A stretch of DNA of 64,000 nucleotides, from assembly GCA_963730935.1 (NCBI GenBank), contig CAVSTP010000004.1, positions 1,344,001-1,408,000 on the forward strand. The letters are read 5' to 3'. Below the pieces are notes generated by a model. The model saw only the letters and a list, made by a program, of their open reading frames with translations. It made no database searches and was not told where the DNA came from. Source of the stretch: an uncultured Nitrospiraceae bacterium (GTDB lineage: Bacteria > Nitrospirota > Nitrospiria > Nitrospirales > Nitrospiraceae). The position numbers and the translations under genes were made by a program. This document shows positions 1 to 10,229 of the stretch, piece after piece. Within the stretch, counting starts at the first letter, position 1, and each line of letters starts with the position of its first letter.

Positions 1-611
1 TCGATGACATCCTTGCTGATGATGGTGTCGCGATTCATTCGCAACGAATGCCAATCGACCGGCTTGGGAGTAATGGCCGTCTCGCCCAGCACCGTCACTT
101 GGTCCCCAAGCACACGCACGACCTCCAGTTTCTTGGCCACCAGATCGACGATCGCAGCATAAAAATGCTGTTCGTCCTGCAGGCCGATAACGATTCCCCC
201 CTGTCCCACGCCTCCCTCCTCGGGATAACGCAGCCGCACGGTCACGTCCGGGTATTCGTATTGGAGTTTATCCGCGACCAGCAGTTGATAGCAGGAACCC
301 GTTTGGCACGAGGACTGCGCCTTGAGGATATTGGGCGGAGAAGGGGCTTCTTTTTCTGGTGCGATGGTCCAGATGGGGGCAGCGTCTCCGCCGACCACAA
401 ACTGGGAAAACCCGGAAAGAGCGTCCTCAGGAGTCTGCTGATCAAAGGTCCAGCGGTGAAACAACTCACCCAAGGCTTGCTGCTTGAAGTTCGCTTGTTT
501 CTCCGAGGAGGTTTCCATCTGGACCGCGGACACAGGCACCGGCGACAGCGGGCTCTGGGTGAGCACGAGTGCGAGCACGGCGAACAGTCGCAGTGGTGTG
601 ATTCGGCTCAT
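1..611 (-). CDS. Exported protein, partial (runs off left edge); possible beta-sandwich/lectin-like fold
   Basis: Manual translation MSRITPLRLFAVLALVLTQSPLSPVPVSA... gives a signal peptide and an open frame to the window edge; ATG overlaps the stop of 608..850 (ATGA). Confidence 0.7.
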   Translation of the reverse strand, partial: MSRITPLRLFAVLALVLTQSPLSPVPVSAVQMETSSEKQANFKQQALGELFHRWTFDQQTPEDALSGFSQFVVGGDAAPIWTIAPEKEAPSPPNILKAQSSCQTGSCYQLLVADKLQYEYPDVTVRLRYPEEGGVGQGGIVIGLQDEQHFYAAIVDLVAKKLEVVRVLGDQVTVLGETAITPKPVDWHSLRMNRDTIISKDVI

Positions 612-850
612 GCCTTCTTCATGTCGATGATCTCGCGCTGGAGCCGATCCCGCTCGGTCAAGATCTTTTTCCGACGTCGCCAGCGATCCAATGACCACCA
701 GCGGAGCTTTTCCTGAAACGTCACGGCCGGCAATTGAGCGCTCCCGCTTGGGGCATTCTGGAAATCATAGCCCTCATGCCGGTCACGGTTCGCGAAGAAC
801 CGCCGGTAGAGGTGATCATAAATGCCGCGGGAACTGTCGCCTATCGCCAT
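608..850 (-). CDS. Hypothetical 80-aa protein
   Basis: Fills the gap between co-oriented genes; ATGA coupling with the downstream gene. Confidence 0.6.
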   Translation of the reverse strand: MAIGDSSRGIYDHLYRRFFANRDRHEGYDFQNAPSGSAQLPAVTFQEKLRWWSLDRWRRRKKILTERDRLQREIIDMKKA

Positions 851-859
851 CGTGCTTCC

Positions 860-2914
860 TTAAAGCATCCCCTCGAGTTGTTGCGCGTCTATCACGGGAG
901 GGGAGCAGGTGCGGTGCTGGCACACGTATGCGGTGGGACGGCCATCGAGGCGCACTTTGCCTTTCGTCAGCGACAGATCGCTTGTACCGCAGGATGCCGC
1001 CTCCTCAACTGTCAGCACGACCCGATTGGGGATGTAGCGTTGGTGCACCATCGTCAGCATCGCTTGCGTCACGGAATGTTCGCGCGGACCGAGAATGACG
1101 ATTTCCTTTGGTCCGGTCAGCCACCAATCCAACGTACAGAGCAGTGCCGACGCACTGTACGGATTCTGCGCCATCACGGTCTGCAAGACCTTGAGGATCT
1201 GGCCGGCCCGCTCATAATACCGCTCCTCGCCCGTAAAAGAGAAGAGCCTTAACAGGACCGACGCCGCAACCGCATTGCCGGACGGAATCGCCCCGTCGGT
1301 CCCGGTCTTCATTCGCTGGATCAGCCGCTCGTGATCGTGACTGGTAAAAAAGCACCCGCCTTCGGCTTCGTCCCAAAAGTGTGACAACAGACTTTCCACA
1401 ACCGCATGGGCCTGATCGAGGTACCAGCGATGCGCGGTGGCTTCGAACGCATCAAGCAGCGCCGTCGCCAGCCATGCCGCATCATCAAGATATCCGTTGA
1501 GGCGCCCCTGCCCCCCCGCCACAGTGCGACAGACCCGCCCATGGGCAACCGCATAATCCAAGAGAAATGTGAGTGCCTTCTCCGCCGCCGCGCGATAGGC
1601 TGGGACACCGAAGGTCGCCGCCGCATCGAAGAGTGCGGAGATCATCATGGCGTTCCAACTGGTCAGAATATTTTCGTCACGCTGTGGCTTGGCGCGCTTG
1701 TCGCGAGTCGCCAGCAGCTTCATTCGGGCGGCTTTGAAGACTGATTCCTCCGTGTCCAGGCCTTCGGCCCGCTGCCCGCCGCCGAGACGGTGCAGCACGT
1801 TCTTGCTTTCAAAATTTCCTTCCGGCGTTGCACCATAGAGTCGACAGAACTCGCCGCCGAGGTCGCGTCCCAGCACCGCCTCGATTTCCTCCGGCGTCCA
1901 TACAAAAAACGCGCCCTCCTGTCCTTCACTATCGGCGTCCTGCGCGGCATAAAACGCTCCGTCCGGATGCGTCATTTCCCGCCTCACATACTCGAGGGTC
2001 TCTTCCACCACCTCGCGAAAGCGTTCTTCCTTGGTGAGACGCCATCCGTCGAGATACAGACGCACAAGTTGGGCATTGTCATAAAGCATTTTTTCGAAAT
2101 GTGGGATCTTCCATTCGGCGTCGACGGCATAGCGGTGAAATCCCCCTCCGACGTGATCGTAGATACCGCCCGCCGCCATGGTCCGCAGCTGTTGCAATAC
2201 CTTCTCGCGAAAGGAGGGATCGGCCTTCCTGACCGACTGCCGCAACATCACGTTCAATGGCGGGACCGTCGGAAATTTCTGACTATCGCCGAATCCTCCA
2301 TGCACCGGATCGAACCACCGCGCCAGCTCGGCGCCGGCCTGATCCAGGAGCCGGTCGGTGAGGGGCTCTGCCGAACTCTTCGGCGTCGAGACCCTCTGCA
2401 AGCCGGTTTTGACCTGCTCGATGTTCTTGCGCACCTCGTCTGGATGGTTGCGATACGCTTCGATGACGCCTCGCAGGACATCGGGAAAGGCCGGCAGGGA
2501 ATGGCGCGGTACGGGCGGGAAGTAGGTTCCTCCATAGAATGGTTCCTGATTGGGCGTCAGAAACATCGTCAGCGGCCAGCCCCCGCCGCGCCCGGTAAAC
2601 ACCTGCGCGGATTTCTGATAGATGTCGTCGAGATCGGGACGCTCTTCCCGATCAACCTTCACATTGATGAAATGCTGGTTCATCAGTGCCGCGATCTCGG
2701 GGTTATCAAATGACTCGTGCGCCATCACATGACACCAATGGCAGGCGGAGTAGCCGATGGACAGCAAGATGGGCTTGTCCTCCGATTGGGCGCGTGACAA
2801 CGCTTCCGGGCCCCACGGATACCACTCCACGGGATTGTCGGCATGTTGTCTGAGATAGGAGCTGGATTCGGTAATCAGACGGTTGGGAACGCGGTCGGTC
2901 GATGAAAGATCCAC
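860..2914 (-). CDS. Thioredoxin-domain YyaL/SPATA20-like (DUF255) protein
   Basis: [48 protein letters not shown] start at 2914 after AAGGA. Confidence 0.9.
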   Translation of the reverse strand: MDLSSTDRVPNRLITESSSYLRQHADNPVEWYPWGPEALSRAQSEDKPILLSIGYSACHWCHVMAHESFDNPEIAALMNQHFINVKVDREERPDLDDIYQKSAQVFTGRGGGWPLTMFLTPNQEPFYGGTYFPPVPRHSLPAFPDVLRGVIEAYRNHPDEVRKNIEQVKTGLQRVSTPKSSAEPLTDRLLDQAGAELARWFDPVHGGFGDSQKFPTVPPLNVMLRQSVRKADPSFREKVLQQLRTMAAGGIYDHVGGGFHRYAVDAEWKIPHFEKMLYDNAQLVRLYLDGWRLTKEERFREVVEETLEYVRREMTHPDGAFYAAQDADSEGQEGAFFVWTPEEIEAVLGRDLGGEFCRLYGATPEGNFESKNVLHRLGGGQRAEGLDTEESVFKAARMKLLATRDKRAKPQRDENILTSWNAMMISALFDAAATFGVPAYRAAAEKALTFLLDYAVAHGRVCRTVAGGQGRLNGYLDDAAWLATALLDAFEATAHRWYLDQAHAVVESLLSHFWDEAEGGCFFTSHDHERLIQRMKTGTDGAIPSGNAVAASVLLRLFSFTGEERYYERAGQILKVLQTVMAQNPYSASALLCTLDWWLTGPKEIVILGPREHSVTQAMLTMVHQRYIPNRVVLTVEEAASCGTSDLSLTKGKVRLDGRPTAYVCQHRTCSPPVIDAQQLEGML

Positions 2915-3010
2915 AGATCGTCCTTCCGTTCGGCGCTGGTCATCGTACCCTGCGGCCGGCGACCCTGCAATGAATCTCACAGTCCATGCTATAGTCGCCA
3001 ATCGAATCCT

Positions 3011-4540
3011 ATGAAACGCTGTGTGACGACCTGTTTCGCCTGCTGGTGCTTCGTCTGCCTGGCATTTCCTCTGTTCGCCGCCTCCTCGCTTGAATCAACC
3101 CTTTCCAGCGCAGGCTGGCTTTCGTCAGCGCTGGAGCAGATCTCCATCGAGGGCATGCTGGCCGACATCCGGACCTTGAGCGGACCGGCATACGGAGGCC
3201 GGCTCACCGGCAGCGCCCAAGACGAAGCCTCAGCGACGTTCATCGCCAATCGGTTCAGCGAACTGCGGCTCCACCGCTCCCCCGCCCTTCCCCCGGAAAA
3301 TCGAACGAATCCATTGCCACAGCGAGAATGGAAACAGACGGCGTCCGTGCCCACGCGAACGATCACCGAGCCGTCTCTCGTGGAATTCGTCACGCCGCAA
3401 CAGCGGCACGCGCTCCAGAGCGGCTCTCAGTTCCTGCCGATCCTCGATTCCCCCTCTGCCGACATCCGAGGCCCCGTGGTATTCGTCGGCTATGGCATCG
3501 TCGATCCGTCCTCCGGTATCGACGACTATGCCAATCTGGATGTTCGCAACGCGATCGTCCTCTTTCTCCGCGGGAAACCTGAGACGTATGCCACACTCGT
3601 CAGCCACGCCGAGAAAGAACGCCTCGCCAAACAGCGTGGCGCCGTCGGCTATCTCACAGCCACAGGACCGATTTTAAGTGCCTACGAACAGCGCCGAGGT
3701 GTTACAGGAGTGCCGAGCGCGTATTACTCCTCCACCGTGACCGACGACCAGTTGCCCGGAGCCTGGATCAGCACCGAAGCCGCCGAATGGATTGTGGCCC
3801 AAGCTACCACCGAAGTTGCGACGCTCCGCAACATTCAAGAGACACTGAACCGTCCCGGGGGCTCACGGTCGATGCGGACAGAGGCCACTGTGCAGATGAA
3901 ATGGACCAGCCAGGTCGAGACAGGTACGCTGTTCAACGTTATCTCCGTGATCCGTGGCTACGGGCCGAACAATGATGAGGCGGTGCTCATCGGCGCGCAC
4001 CGGGATCACTTCGGACAACAGGCCGGACACTTGTTTGCCGGGGCCGACGACAACGCGTCGGGCACCGCGGTCCTGCTGGAAGTCGCGCGAGTACTCGCGC
4101 TCGCCCCGGCGGCGCCGAAACGTTCGGTCCTCTTCCTTTCGTTTAGCGGAGAGGAGCAGGGACTGTTGGGGTCAAAGCTCTATGTGTCACAGCCGATCGT
4201 GCCTCTGGCGAAAACGATCGGCATGATCAACGTCGATCACGCCGGCGCGGGCAATGGACGGTTAACAGTGGGGGTGACCGGGTTCGAGCGGAGCACTGCG
4301 CAGCGCATCGGCGATCTGGCCGGTCTAGCAGACAAGCTCGACCTGTTCGGCTATTTCCCAGGAGGCGATCACGTACCGTTCAAAGAAGCGGGTGTCCCGA
4401 CCGTGACGGTCGTGAGCAGCGGCGCGCATCCGCATTTTCATCAGCCGAGCGATACGGCGGACACGGTCAATCCGGAGATTCTGCAGTCCGTCGCCCGCTA
4501 TGTGCTGACGCTCACATGGCAGCTGGCCAATCAGCCATAA
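3011..4540 (+). CDS. M28-family metallopeptidase with PA domain, exported
   Basis: Signal peptide; [34 protein letters not shown] motifs. Confidence 0.9.
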   Translation: MKRCVTTCFACWCFVCLAFPLFAASSLESTLSSAGWLSSALEQISIEGMLADIRTLSGPAYGGRLTGSAQDEASATFIANRFSELRLHRSPALPPENRTNPLPQREWKQTASVPTRTITEPSLVEFVTPQQRHALQSGSQFLPILDSPSADIRGPVVFVGYGIVDPSSGIDDYANLDVRNAIVLFLRGKPETYATLVSHAEKERLAKQRGAVGYLTATGPILSAYEQRRGVTGVPSAYYSSTVTDDQLPGAWISTEAAEWIVAQATTEVATLRNIQETLNRPGGSRSMRTEATVQMKWTSQVETGTLFNVISVIRGYGPNNDEAVLIGAHRDHFGQQAGHLFAGADDNASGTAVLLEVARVLALAPAAPKRSVLFLSFSGEEQGLLGSKLYVSQPIVPLAKTIGMINVDHAGAGNGRLTVGVTGFERSTAQRIGDLAGLADKLDLFGYFPGGDHVPFKEAGVPTVTVVSSGAHPHFHQPSDTADTVNPEILQSVARYVLTLTWQLANQP

Positions 4541-4597
4541 GTCACGAAACGCCGTTCTCGCAGATGTGAGAGAGGCAGAAACGTGGACCGATTCTGG

Positions 4598-5002
4598 CTA
4601 GGGAATGTCGTCGAGGATCGTGGACTGAATATCCACTAACGGAGGAGTCGTTCGCGGAGGACCGGGCAGCACGATAGCATTTCCCGGTTGGTTGGCTCCC
4701 TGGATGAGTCCGATCGAAAGTTGTGGACCGAGCGTCGTAACGGCCCCGCTCCAGGCCTGCCCGGTGGTGGGATTACGGAAGTTGTAGGATTCGAAATTGA
4801 GCCCGGGCGTGTACATAAATCCCTGCGTCCCCTGCCTGTCCACATACAAACTAGCCGGCCCGGTCAGATTGAAAAGCGGAGCCACACTCCCGTCGAATGA
4901 GCGGACGCTTGAAATGGTCTGCTGCGCACTCGCTGGTGCGTCGGACCAGATCCACAAGGAACAGAGAACCATTGCGCCGATCAGGTGGCACCCGAGTCTC
5001 AT
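4598..5002 (-). CDS. Hypothetical exported protein (start uncertain)
   Basis: ORF with signal-like segment ending APASA-QQ; occupies an otherwise empty gap. Confidence 0.6.
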   Translation of the reverse strand: MRLGCHLIGAMVLCSLWIWSDAPASAQQTISSVRSFDGSVAPLFNLTGPASLYVDRQGTQGFMYTPGLNFESYNFRNPTTGQAWSGAVTTLGPQLSIGLIQGANQPGNAIVLPGPPRTTPPLVDIQSTILDDIP

Positions 5003-5080
5003 CCCGGGAAGTTCATGACAGACTTGCATGAAGTCATTATAGTATGGGGGCATTCTCATGTCGACCAGAAAGGGGGGATT

Positions 5081-6640
5081 ATGGACCGAATCGCTGGACC
5101 GATCGCGCGCGCCCTACTTCTCGCTTTCGGCATCAATCTGATCTGCGCGGCAGGCTTCACCCGAGCGGCTGAGGACACGAAGAACCAGCAGGGGGAACGC
5201 CGTGAAACCATTGCTCTGGCTGACGCAGCGATCCGGGCGCTAAAGAGCAATCTTGACATCACCATCAGCCGTCAGACCAAGGAAAGCCGCCTGAGCGATA
5301 TCGTAGTCGAGCAGGCCAAGTTCGATCCGACCATGAGCGTCAACGGACAATATCTCCGGACCGTCAACCCGTTAAACCGGCCGGTCTTCGGTGGCACCGG
5401 CAACACCTTGACCGAGATTACGATCTTCGACCAACGCAACTCATCAGTCACTGTGGATGCACAAACGAACCTTCTGACCGGTGGTAATCTGGACTTGAAC
5501 TACAGTCCGGCCTATACGAATGTGAATCCGAGCGTCGCTCAAGGTTTCTTGTTCAACCCTGCCTGGACCGGAGGTCTGGCGATGACCTTGACTCAGCCGC
5601 TCCTACGCAATGCCGGCATTGATGTGAACAAGACCTTCATCCGGATCGCACAGAATAATGCTGCGGTCGAGGAGCACGTCTTCCGCGACAGAGTGCTAAC
5701 GGTACTGGCCACGGTGGAACAAACGTACTGGGAACTCGTGTTCGCCAATGAAAATTTAAAGGTCGCCGAAGCCGCCTTGAAGGCCGCTCAGAACCTTCTG
5801 GCCGAAAACAGGGCCAAATCCAAGGCTGGTGTCATGTCGATCGTGGACGTCCTACAGGCTGAAGCGGCTGTCGCCTCACGCGTGGAGCAAATCCTGATAG
5901 CCGAGAAATCCATTCGCGATCAGGAGGACCAGTTACGTCGGCTGCTGAATCCCGGCGAAAATGAGTTGAGGGAAGACCTGCGGTTGACGCCTCAAGATCC
6001 GCCGGCCGTGGCCTTACAGCCGATCAGCTTGCAAGAGGCGATCGATATTGCCATCGAGCGCCGCCCCGAGATTGTTCAGGCCAAGAAGAATGTGGATAGC
6101 AGCGAACTTAATACCAATTTCGCCAAGAACCAATTGCTGCCGACCCTTTCGTTCCAAGGCACCCTGGGATTGGCAGGCCTTGGCGGTAACCTTGGGAGTT
6201 CCGTCAACAGCAACTTTAGCGGTGATTTCTACAACTACGGTGCCGGTCTCGTGTTGAGTTACCCGCTCGGCAACCGCTCAGCCTGGAGTACCTATAACAA
6301 GCGGCAGATGGAAGGGAGGAATGCCCAGGTTTCGCTGGTCAGCGTCCGACAGCAGATTATCGTCGGCGTGCGTGAAGCAGTGCGCCGTGTTCAGACCGAC
6401 TTCAAGCGAATCGAGACGACCAAGTCGGCGCGCATCATGGCGGAAAAGCAATTACAGGCAGAACAGGAACGCCTGAAGGTCGGCTTGAGTACCACCCGCT
6501 TCGTGCTGGAATTCCAACGCGATCTGGCGACTGCACAGGGGAACGAGCTGCGTGCCATCGTTGATTACAACAAGTCGCTCTCGAATTTAGAGCGGCACAA
6601 GGCCACGACGCTCGATCGATACAGCCTAGAGCTTCACTGA
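5081..6640 (+). CDS. TolC-family outer membrane efflux protein
   Basis: Signal peptide; two OEP-like repeats (QPLLRN, LLPTLSF, ERLKVGLST); purine-rich RBS before ATG 5081. Confidence 0.9.
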   Translation: MDRIAGPIARALLLAFGINLICAAGFTRAAEDTKNQQGERRETIALADAAIRALKSNLDITISRQTKESRLSDIVVEQAKFDPTMSVNGQYLRTVNPLNRPVFGGTGNTLTEITIFDQRNSSVTVDAQTNLLTGGNLDLNYSPAYTNVNPSVAQGFLFNPAWTGGLAMTLTQPLLRNAGIDVNKTFIRIAQNNAAVEEHVFRDRVLTVLATVEQTYWELVFANENLKVAEAALKAAQNLLAENRAKSKAGVMSIVDVLQAEAAVASRVEQILIAEKSIRDQEDQLRRLLNPGENELREDLRLTPQDPPAVALQPISLQEAIDIAIERRPEIVQAKKNVDSSELNTNFAKNQLLPTLSFQGTLGLAGLGGNLGSSVNSNFSGDFYNYGAGLVLSYPLGNRSAWSTYNKRQMEGRNAQVSLVSVRQQIIVGVREAVRRVQTDFKRIETTKSARIMAEKQLQAEQERLKVGLSTTRFVLEFQRDLATAQGNELRAIVDYNKSLSNLERHKATTLDRYSLELH

Positions 6641-6644
6641 TCCG

Positions 6645-7358
6645 ATGGCGGAGCCTGAGCCGAACCCCCATCCCATTCCGGCTCAGGCAGAAGAACGGGG
6701 AGCGGCGCTGGCGCTGCTTCCAGTTGCTGCGACCCTGGACTACTACGCTCTGCCTGATTGGCTGCAGAGCCAGCCGCTCGTGCAATTCGCTCCTCAACTC
6801 ATCGGCTACCTTGGGTTTGCCTTATGGGCCGCTCACAACCGCTCAATCGGGACCCGCATCGGGTTGCAGATGTCGCACTGGAGCCGAGGAGCGAAGCTGG
6901 GCATCCTCACCGGAGTCCTACTCGGCTGCGTGAATACGTTGGTCATTCTGCGTCTGATTCCCTGGTTGGGGTGGGATATCACCTTCCTGAAAGAAACGCC
7001 GCATGCACAGGTGCCGGTGCTGATCATGGTCCCGTGGTTCATTTGTGTGATCGCCCTGTTGGTCGAGCTCAATTTTCGCGGGTTCTTGTTGGGAAGGCTC
7101 GCGGCGCTGGAATCGAGCATGTGGCGCCAGCCCATGCTCCGACGTCTGTCTCCGCTGGCCCTATTGACCAGCGCCCTGGTCTTCGCCTTCGACCCGTTCA
7201 TGGTCACCACCTTCCAACACCTCCATGGGATTGCGCTATGGGATGGTCTTGTCTGGGGACTTCTCTGGCTGTTCACGAGGAATCTCTATGCGACGATCGT
7301 CGCCCATGCGGTGGAAGTCATCCTCGTGTATAGTGCGGTGCGGGCGGCGTTGATGTAA
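6645..7358 (+). CDS. CPBP/CAAX-protease-like intramembrane protein
   Basis: Multiple TM segments; VELNFRG and AHAVE resemble degenerate CPBP motifs. Confidence 0.7.
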   Translation: MAEPEPNPHPIPAQAEERGAALALLPVAATLDYYALPDWLQSQPLVQFAPQLIGYLGFALWAAHNRSIGTRIGLQMSHWSRGAKLGILTGVLLGCVNTLVILRLIPWLGWDITFLKETPHAQVPVLIMVPWFICVIALLVELNFRGFLLGRLAALESSMWRQPMLRRLSPLALLTSALVFAFDPFMVTTFQHLHGIALWDGLVWGLLWLFTRNLYATIVAHAVEVILVYSAVRAALM

Positions 7359-7362
7359 GACG

Positions 7363-8382
7363 ATGACCCCTTCCTTCTCCAGCTACCTGGTGAACGACTG
7401 CTTCGGCGATCCGGGCGTCTATGTGGAAGTGCGCGGGTCGAAGCGGGCGCTGCTTTTCGACCTCGGGGAGAACGCTACGCTGGGCTCCACGCGTCTGCTT
7501 CGGGCCAGCGACCTCTTCGTGTCCCATACGCACATGGACCACTTCATCGGCTTCGACGCCGTCGTGCGAGTGGCTTTGGGACGTGGACAAACGCTTCGCC
7601 TCTATGGTCCGCCTGGACTGATCGAAAATGTGAGTGGTAAGCTCCGCGGGTACACCTGGAATCTGGTTGACGGCTCTCCATTGATTATTGAGGTCCGTGA
7701 ATTCGGCCGTCAGGAAGTCCGGCACGCGACATTCCAAGCCTCCAACGGTTTTCTGCAATCGGATCTCACGGTTCATCCGCTTCATATAGATCCGTGGACC
7801 GGGATCTTTACCGTCCTGGAAGATCCGATGTTTACCGTGCAAGCGGTGGCCTTGAACCATCGCATTCCCTCCTTCGCCTATGCGTTGGAGGAACGGTTCC
7901 ACATCAACGTCAACAAGCAGAAGCTGCACGATTCCGGACTTCCGGTCGGCGGCTGGTTGAAGGATGTGAAGCAGTATCTCTGGGAAGGGAAGCCGGAGGA
8001 GTTTCATTTCACCGCCGTCCTGTTCGATGAACATCGTCGTATGGAACGAGAGTTTGTGCTGGGTGACTTTGCACGTCAGTTCTTGACGATCACGCGAGGG
8101 CAAAAGCTGGCGTATGTCGTCGATACTCGCTACGACCAGGATAACGAAGCCAGAATCGTGGCGCTCGCCAAGCACGCAGACCTCTTCTACTGCGAATCGC
8201 CCTATCTCGATATCGATGCGGAAAAGGCCCTCGATCGCTATCACCTAACGGCCAGACAGGCCGGCATCATGGCACGGAAAGCTGAGGTGCGAGATCTCAT
8301 CGTGTTTCATTTCTCCCCACGATATATGGGACAGGGCGAAGTGATCGAGCGAGAGGCGCTGGAAGCCTTTCAAGAACATTGA
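7363..8382 (+). CDS. Ribonuclease Z-like metallo-beta-lactamase
   Basis: LFDLG, SHTHMDH, YVVDT, YHLTA, FHFSPRY. Confidence 0.8.
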   Translation: MTPSFSSYLVNDCFGDPGVYVEVRGSKRALLFDLGENATLGSTRLLRASDLFVSHTHMDHFIGFDAVVRVALGRGQTLRLYGPPGLIENVSGKLRGYTWNLVDGSPLIIEVREFGRQEVRHATFQASNGFLQSDLTVHPLHIDPWTGIFTVLEDPMFTVQAVALNHRIPSFAYALEERFHINVNKQKLHDSGLPVGGWLKDVKQYLWEGKPEEFHFTAVLFDEHRRMEREFVLGDFARQFLTITRGQKLAYVVDTRYDQDNEARIVALAKHADLFYCESPYLDIDAEKALDRYHLTARQAGIMARKAEVRDLIVFHFSPRYMGQGEVIEREALEAFQEH

Positions 8383-8388
8383 GGTGAC

Positions 8389-8727
8389 GTGAACGACCTG
8401 GGAAAGTATGCGGTTTATTTTCTGTTGGGAGGCACGATCGTCAGCCTCTCTACCTATCTGGGCGCCCAGGGCAGGCCGTATTTGGCCGCATTTGCGAGTA
8501 CCTTTCCCGCCATCACAGGCGCCACATTCGTCCTGCTGTACTTGAACGGCGGCAGCGACGCAATTGTCGCCTACGCGGAGAAGCTGTTCTGGTTCGTGCC
8601 CCCCTGGATCGTCTACGTCATGGCCATGATCTTTATTGTGCCCCGGGCGGGCTTCTGGCCGGCCATGGCACTTTCTCTGGCGCTCTACATGGGCTGCGTC
8701 TGGTTGGTTAAACTGGCGTTGCGCTGA
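8389..8727 (+). CDS. Small 4-TM membrane protein (DUF3147/GlpM-like)
   Basis: Four hydrophobic segments; GAGG RBS; operonic position. Confidence 0.7.
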   Translation: MNDLGKYAVYFLLGGTIVSLSTYLGAQGRPYLAAFASTFPAITGATFVLLYLNGGSDAIVAYAEKLFWFVPPWIVYVMAMIFIVPRAGFWPAMALSLALYMGCVWLVKLALR

Positions 8728-8908
8728 ACCATGCCACTCCTGTAGGGGACTCTACCGGCAGGGTGTGATCACGGAAGTGCGCTTTTCTGGCGGTGCTTTG
8801 CCGTCACCCCTTCTTAGGAACTACCTTGTTTGAATACCTACCGGAAGAACCAGGTGAGCGCTACAGTCAAGGCATGCACCCATAAGAACTACCTCAGGGG
8901 AGGCAGCC

Positions 8909-9433
8909 ATGATTAGCTTGATGGAGTTCGTGTCAATCTGCGGCGTGGCCAGTCTGACGGCTGCCGGAGCCTCCCAAGGGCTTCAGCTTTTACGGCGGTC
9001 GAGGGGACAGCGCGCAAACGAGCGAGTGAGCCTTCCCATCGAAGAGTCCTCCGGACGGCCGTCACCAGGGGCATGGCACGAACCCCGTCACGGGAAACGG
9101 CATACGGTGAGATGTCCGATCGAATATATCCTGAACAAGATCCGGTATGAAGGTATGCTCGTCGACATGTCACAACGGGGATGGTGCGCCCAAGGGAGGC
9201 ATCCGGTCGCCAAGGACACGGCGATGACGGTGGAGATCTTGTGCTCCAATCCCCCTCAGCGGATCACAATAGCGGAAGCCGTAGTTCGGTGGACAGACGG
9301 TCTGGAATTCGGCGTGGAAGTGACGGACATCAGCCCGGAGTCGGCCGCCAGGCTCAGCGAGTATCTGACCAAGCACTTTCCGCACGAAGAGCCCGCGCCA
9401 GTGTACGCCCTCTCGCCCTTTTCCTATAACTAG
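8909..9433 (+). CDS. PilZ-domain protein
   Basis: RHGKR and DMSQRG motifs, VVRW..GLEFGVE; GGAGG RBS. Confidence 0.8.
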   Translation: MISLMEFVSICGVASLTAAGASQGLQLLRRSRGQRANERVSLPIEESSGRPSPGAWHEPRHGKRHTVRCPIEYILNKIRYEGMLVDMSQRGWCAQGRHPVAKDTAMTVEILCSNPPQRITIAEAVVRWTDGLEFGVEVTDISPESAARLSEYLTKHFPHEEPAPVYALSPFSYN

Positions 9434-9458
9434 GCGCAGAATCCCGGCCGCGGCGTCA

Positions 9459-10037
9459 TCAGGCGGCCCGGCCGAAATGGAGCCGGCTCATTTCGATCAT
9501 CGCCGACACCAGCTGATCGACGGTCTCGGTGACGCAGGTGCTGGCCTTGTGCGACGGTCCCTTGCCGCCGGCCCAGATATCCGGCGGGCGCTCGATCTCA
9601 CGCACGTTTTGGCAAAACTGTGTGATGGATCGCTTCCAAAACACGCCGTCGCTGCCTTCGTCCAGGAAATGCTCGCGATCCTCGGTAAAGGGCCGGTCGA
9701 ACTGCTTGGCCCGCATCTGCCACATCTGTTCCATCGCATCCTGCCGCTCCCGGCTGAACTCAAGCCCCGTGGCCCGTTCATTCAACGCGGCAAACAGACC
9801 ACCGATCACGCGCTCCACCTCCTGGCCGGGAAACATGCCAACGCAAGTTTGCACGATCAGATACTTGTGGAAAAGAAAGACTTCCGCGCTGATGCGCGCC
9901 TCGTTGGCGGAGGGATCATAGGCGCGCGCCAACTCTTTGAGCGCTTCTCCCGAGGGTCCTTCCAGGCTGGAGCCCAGCAGCCTGGCTAGCTGACGTCCGA
10001 TTCCCAGATAATCTGTCGGCACAGCCGGCTGCGTCAT
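9459..10037 (-). CDS. Hypothetical protein
   Basis: 192-aa ORF with protein-like composition; fills the gap. Confidence 0.7.
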   Translation of the reverse strand: MTQPAVPTDYLGIGRQLARLLGSSLEGPSGEALKELARAYDPSANEARISAEVFLFHKYLIVQTCVGMFPGQEVERVIGGLFAALNERATGLEFSRERQDAMEQMWQMRAKQFDRPFTEDREHFLDEGSDGVFWKRSITQFCQNVREIERPPDIWAGGKGPSHKASTCVTETVDQLVSAMIEMSRLHFGRAA

Positions 10038-10229
10038 AGAAACATGGTTCCTTTGTCTGGTGGCGGATTGACGTCGCTGGATCGCGACCTGAGCCTTCCC
10101 ATCCTCTCATTCCCCCTCAGATTCCCCAAGACAAACCACGATTCCCGCCGCCAACGCGAATTCCAGTGCTGGCAGTAGCCCGCACAGCCTGCTAGGATGA
10201 CAGGTCATCCTCCGAAGGAACGAGTCGAC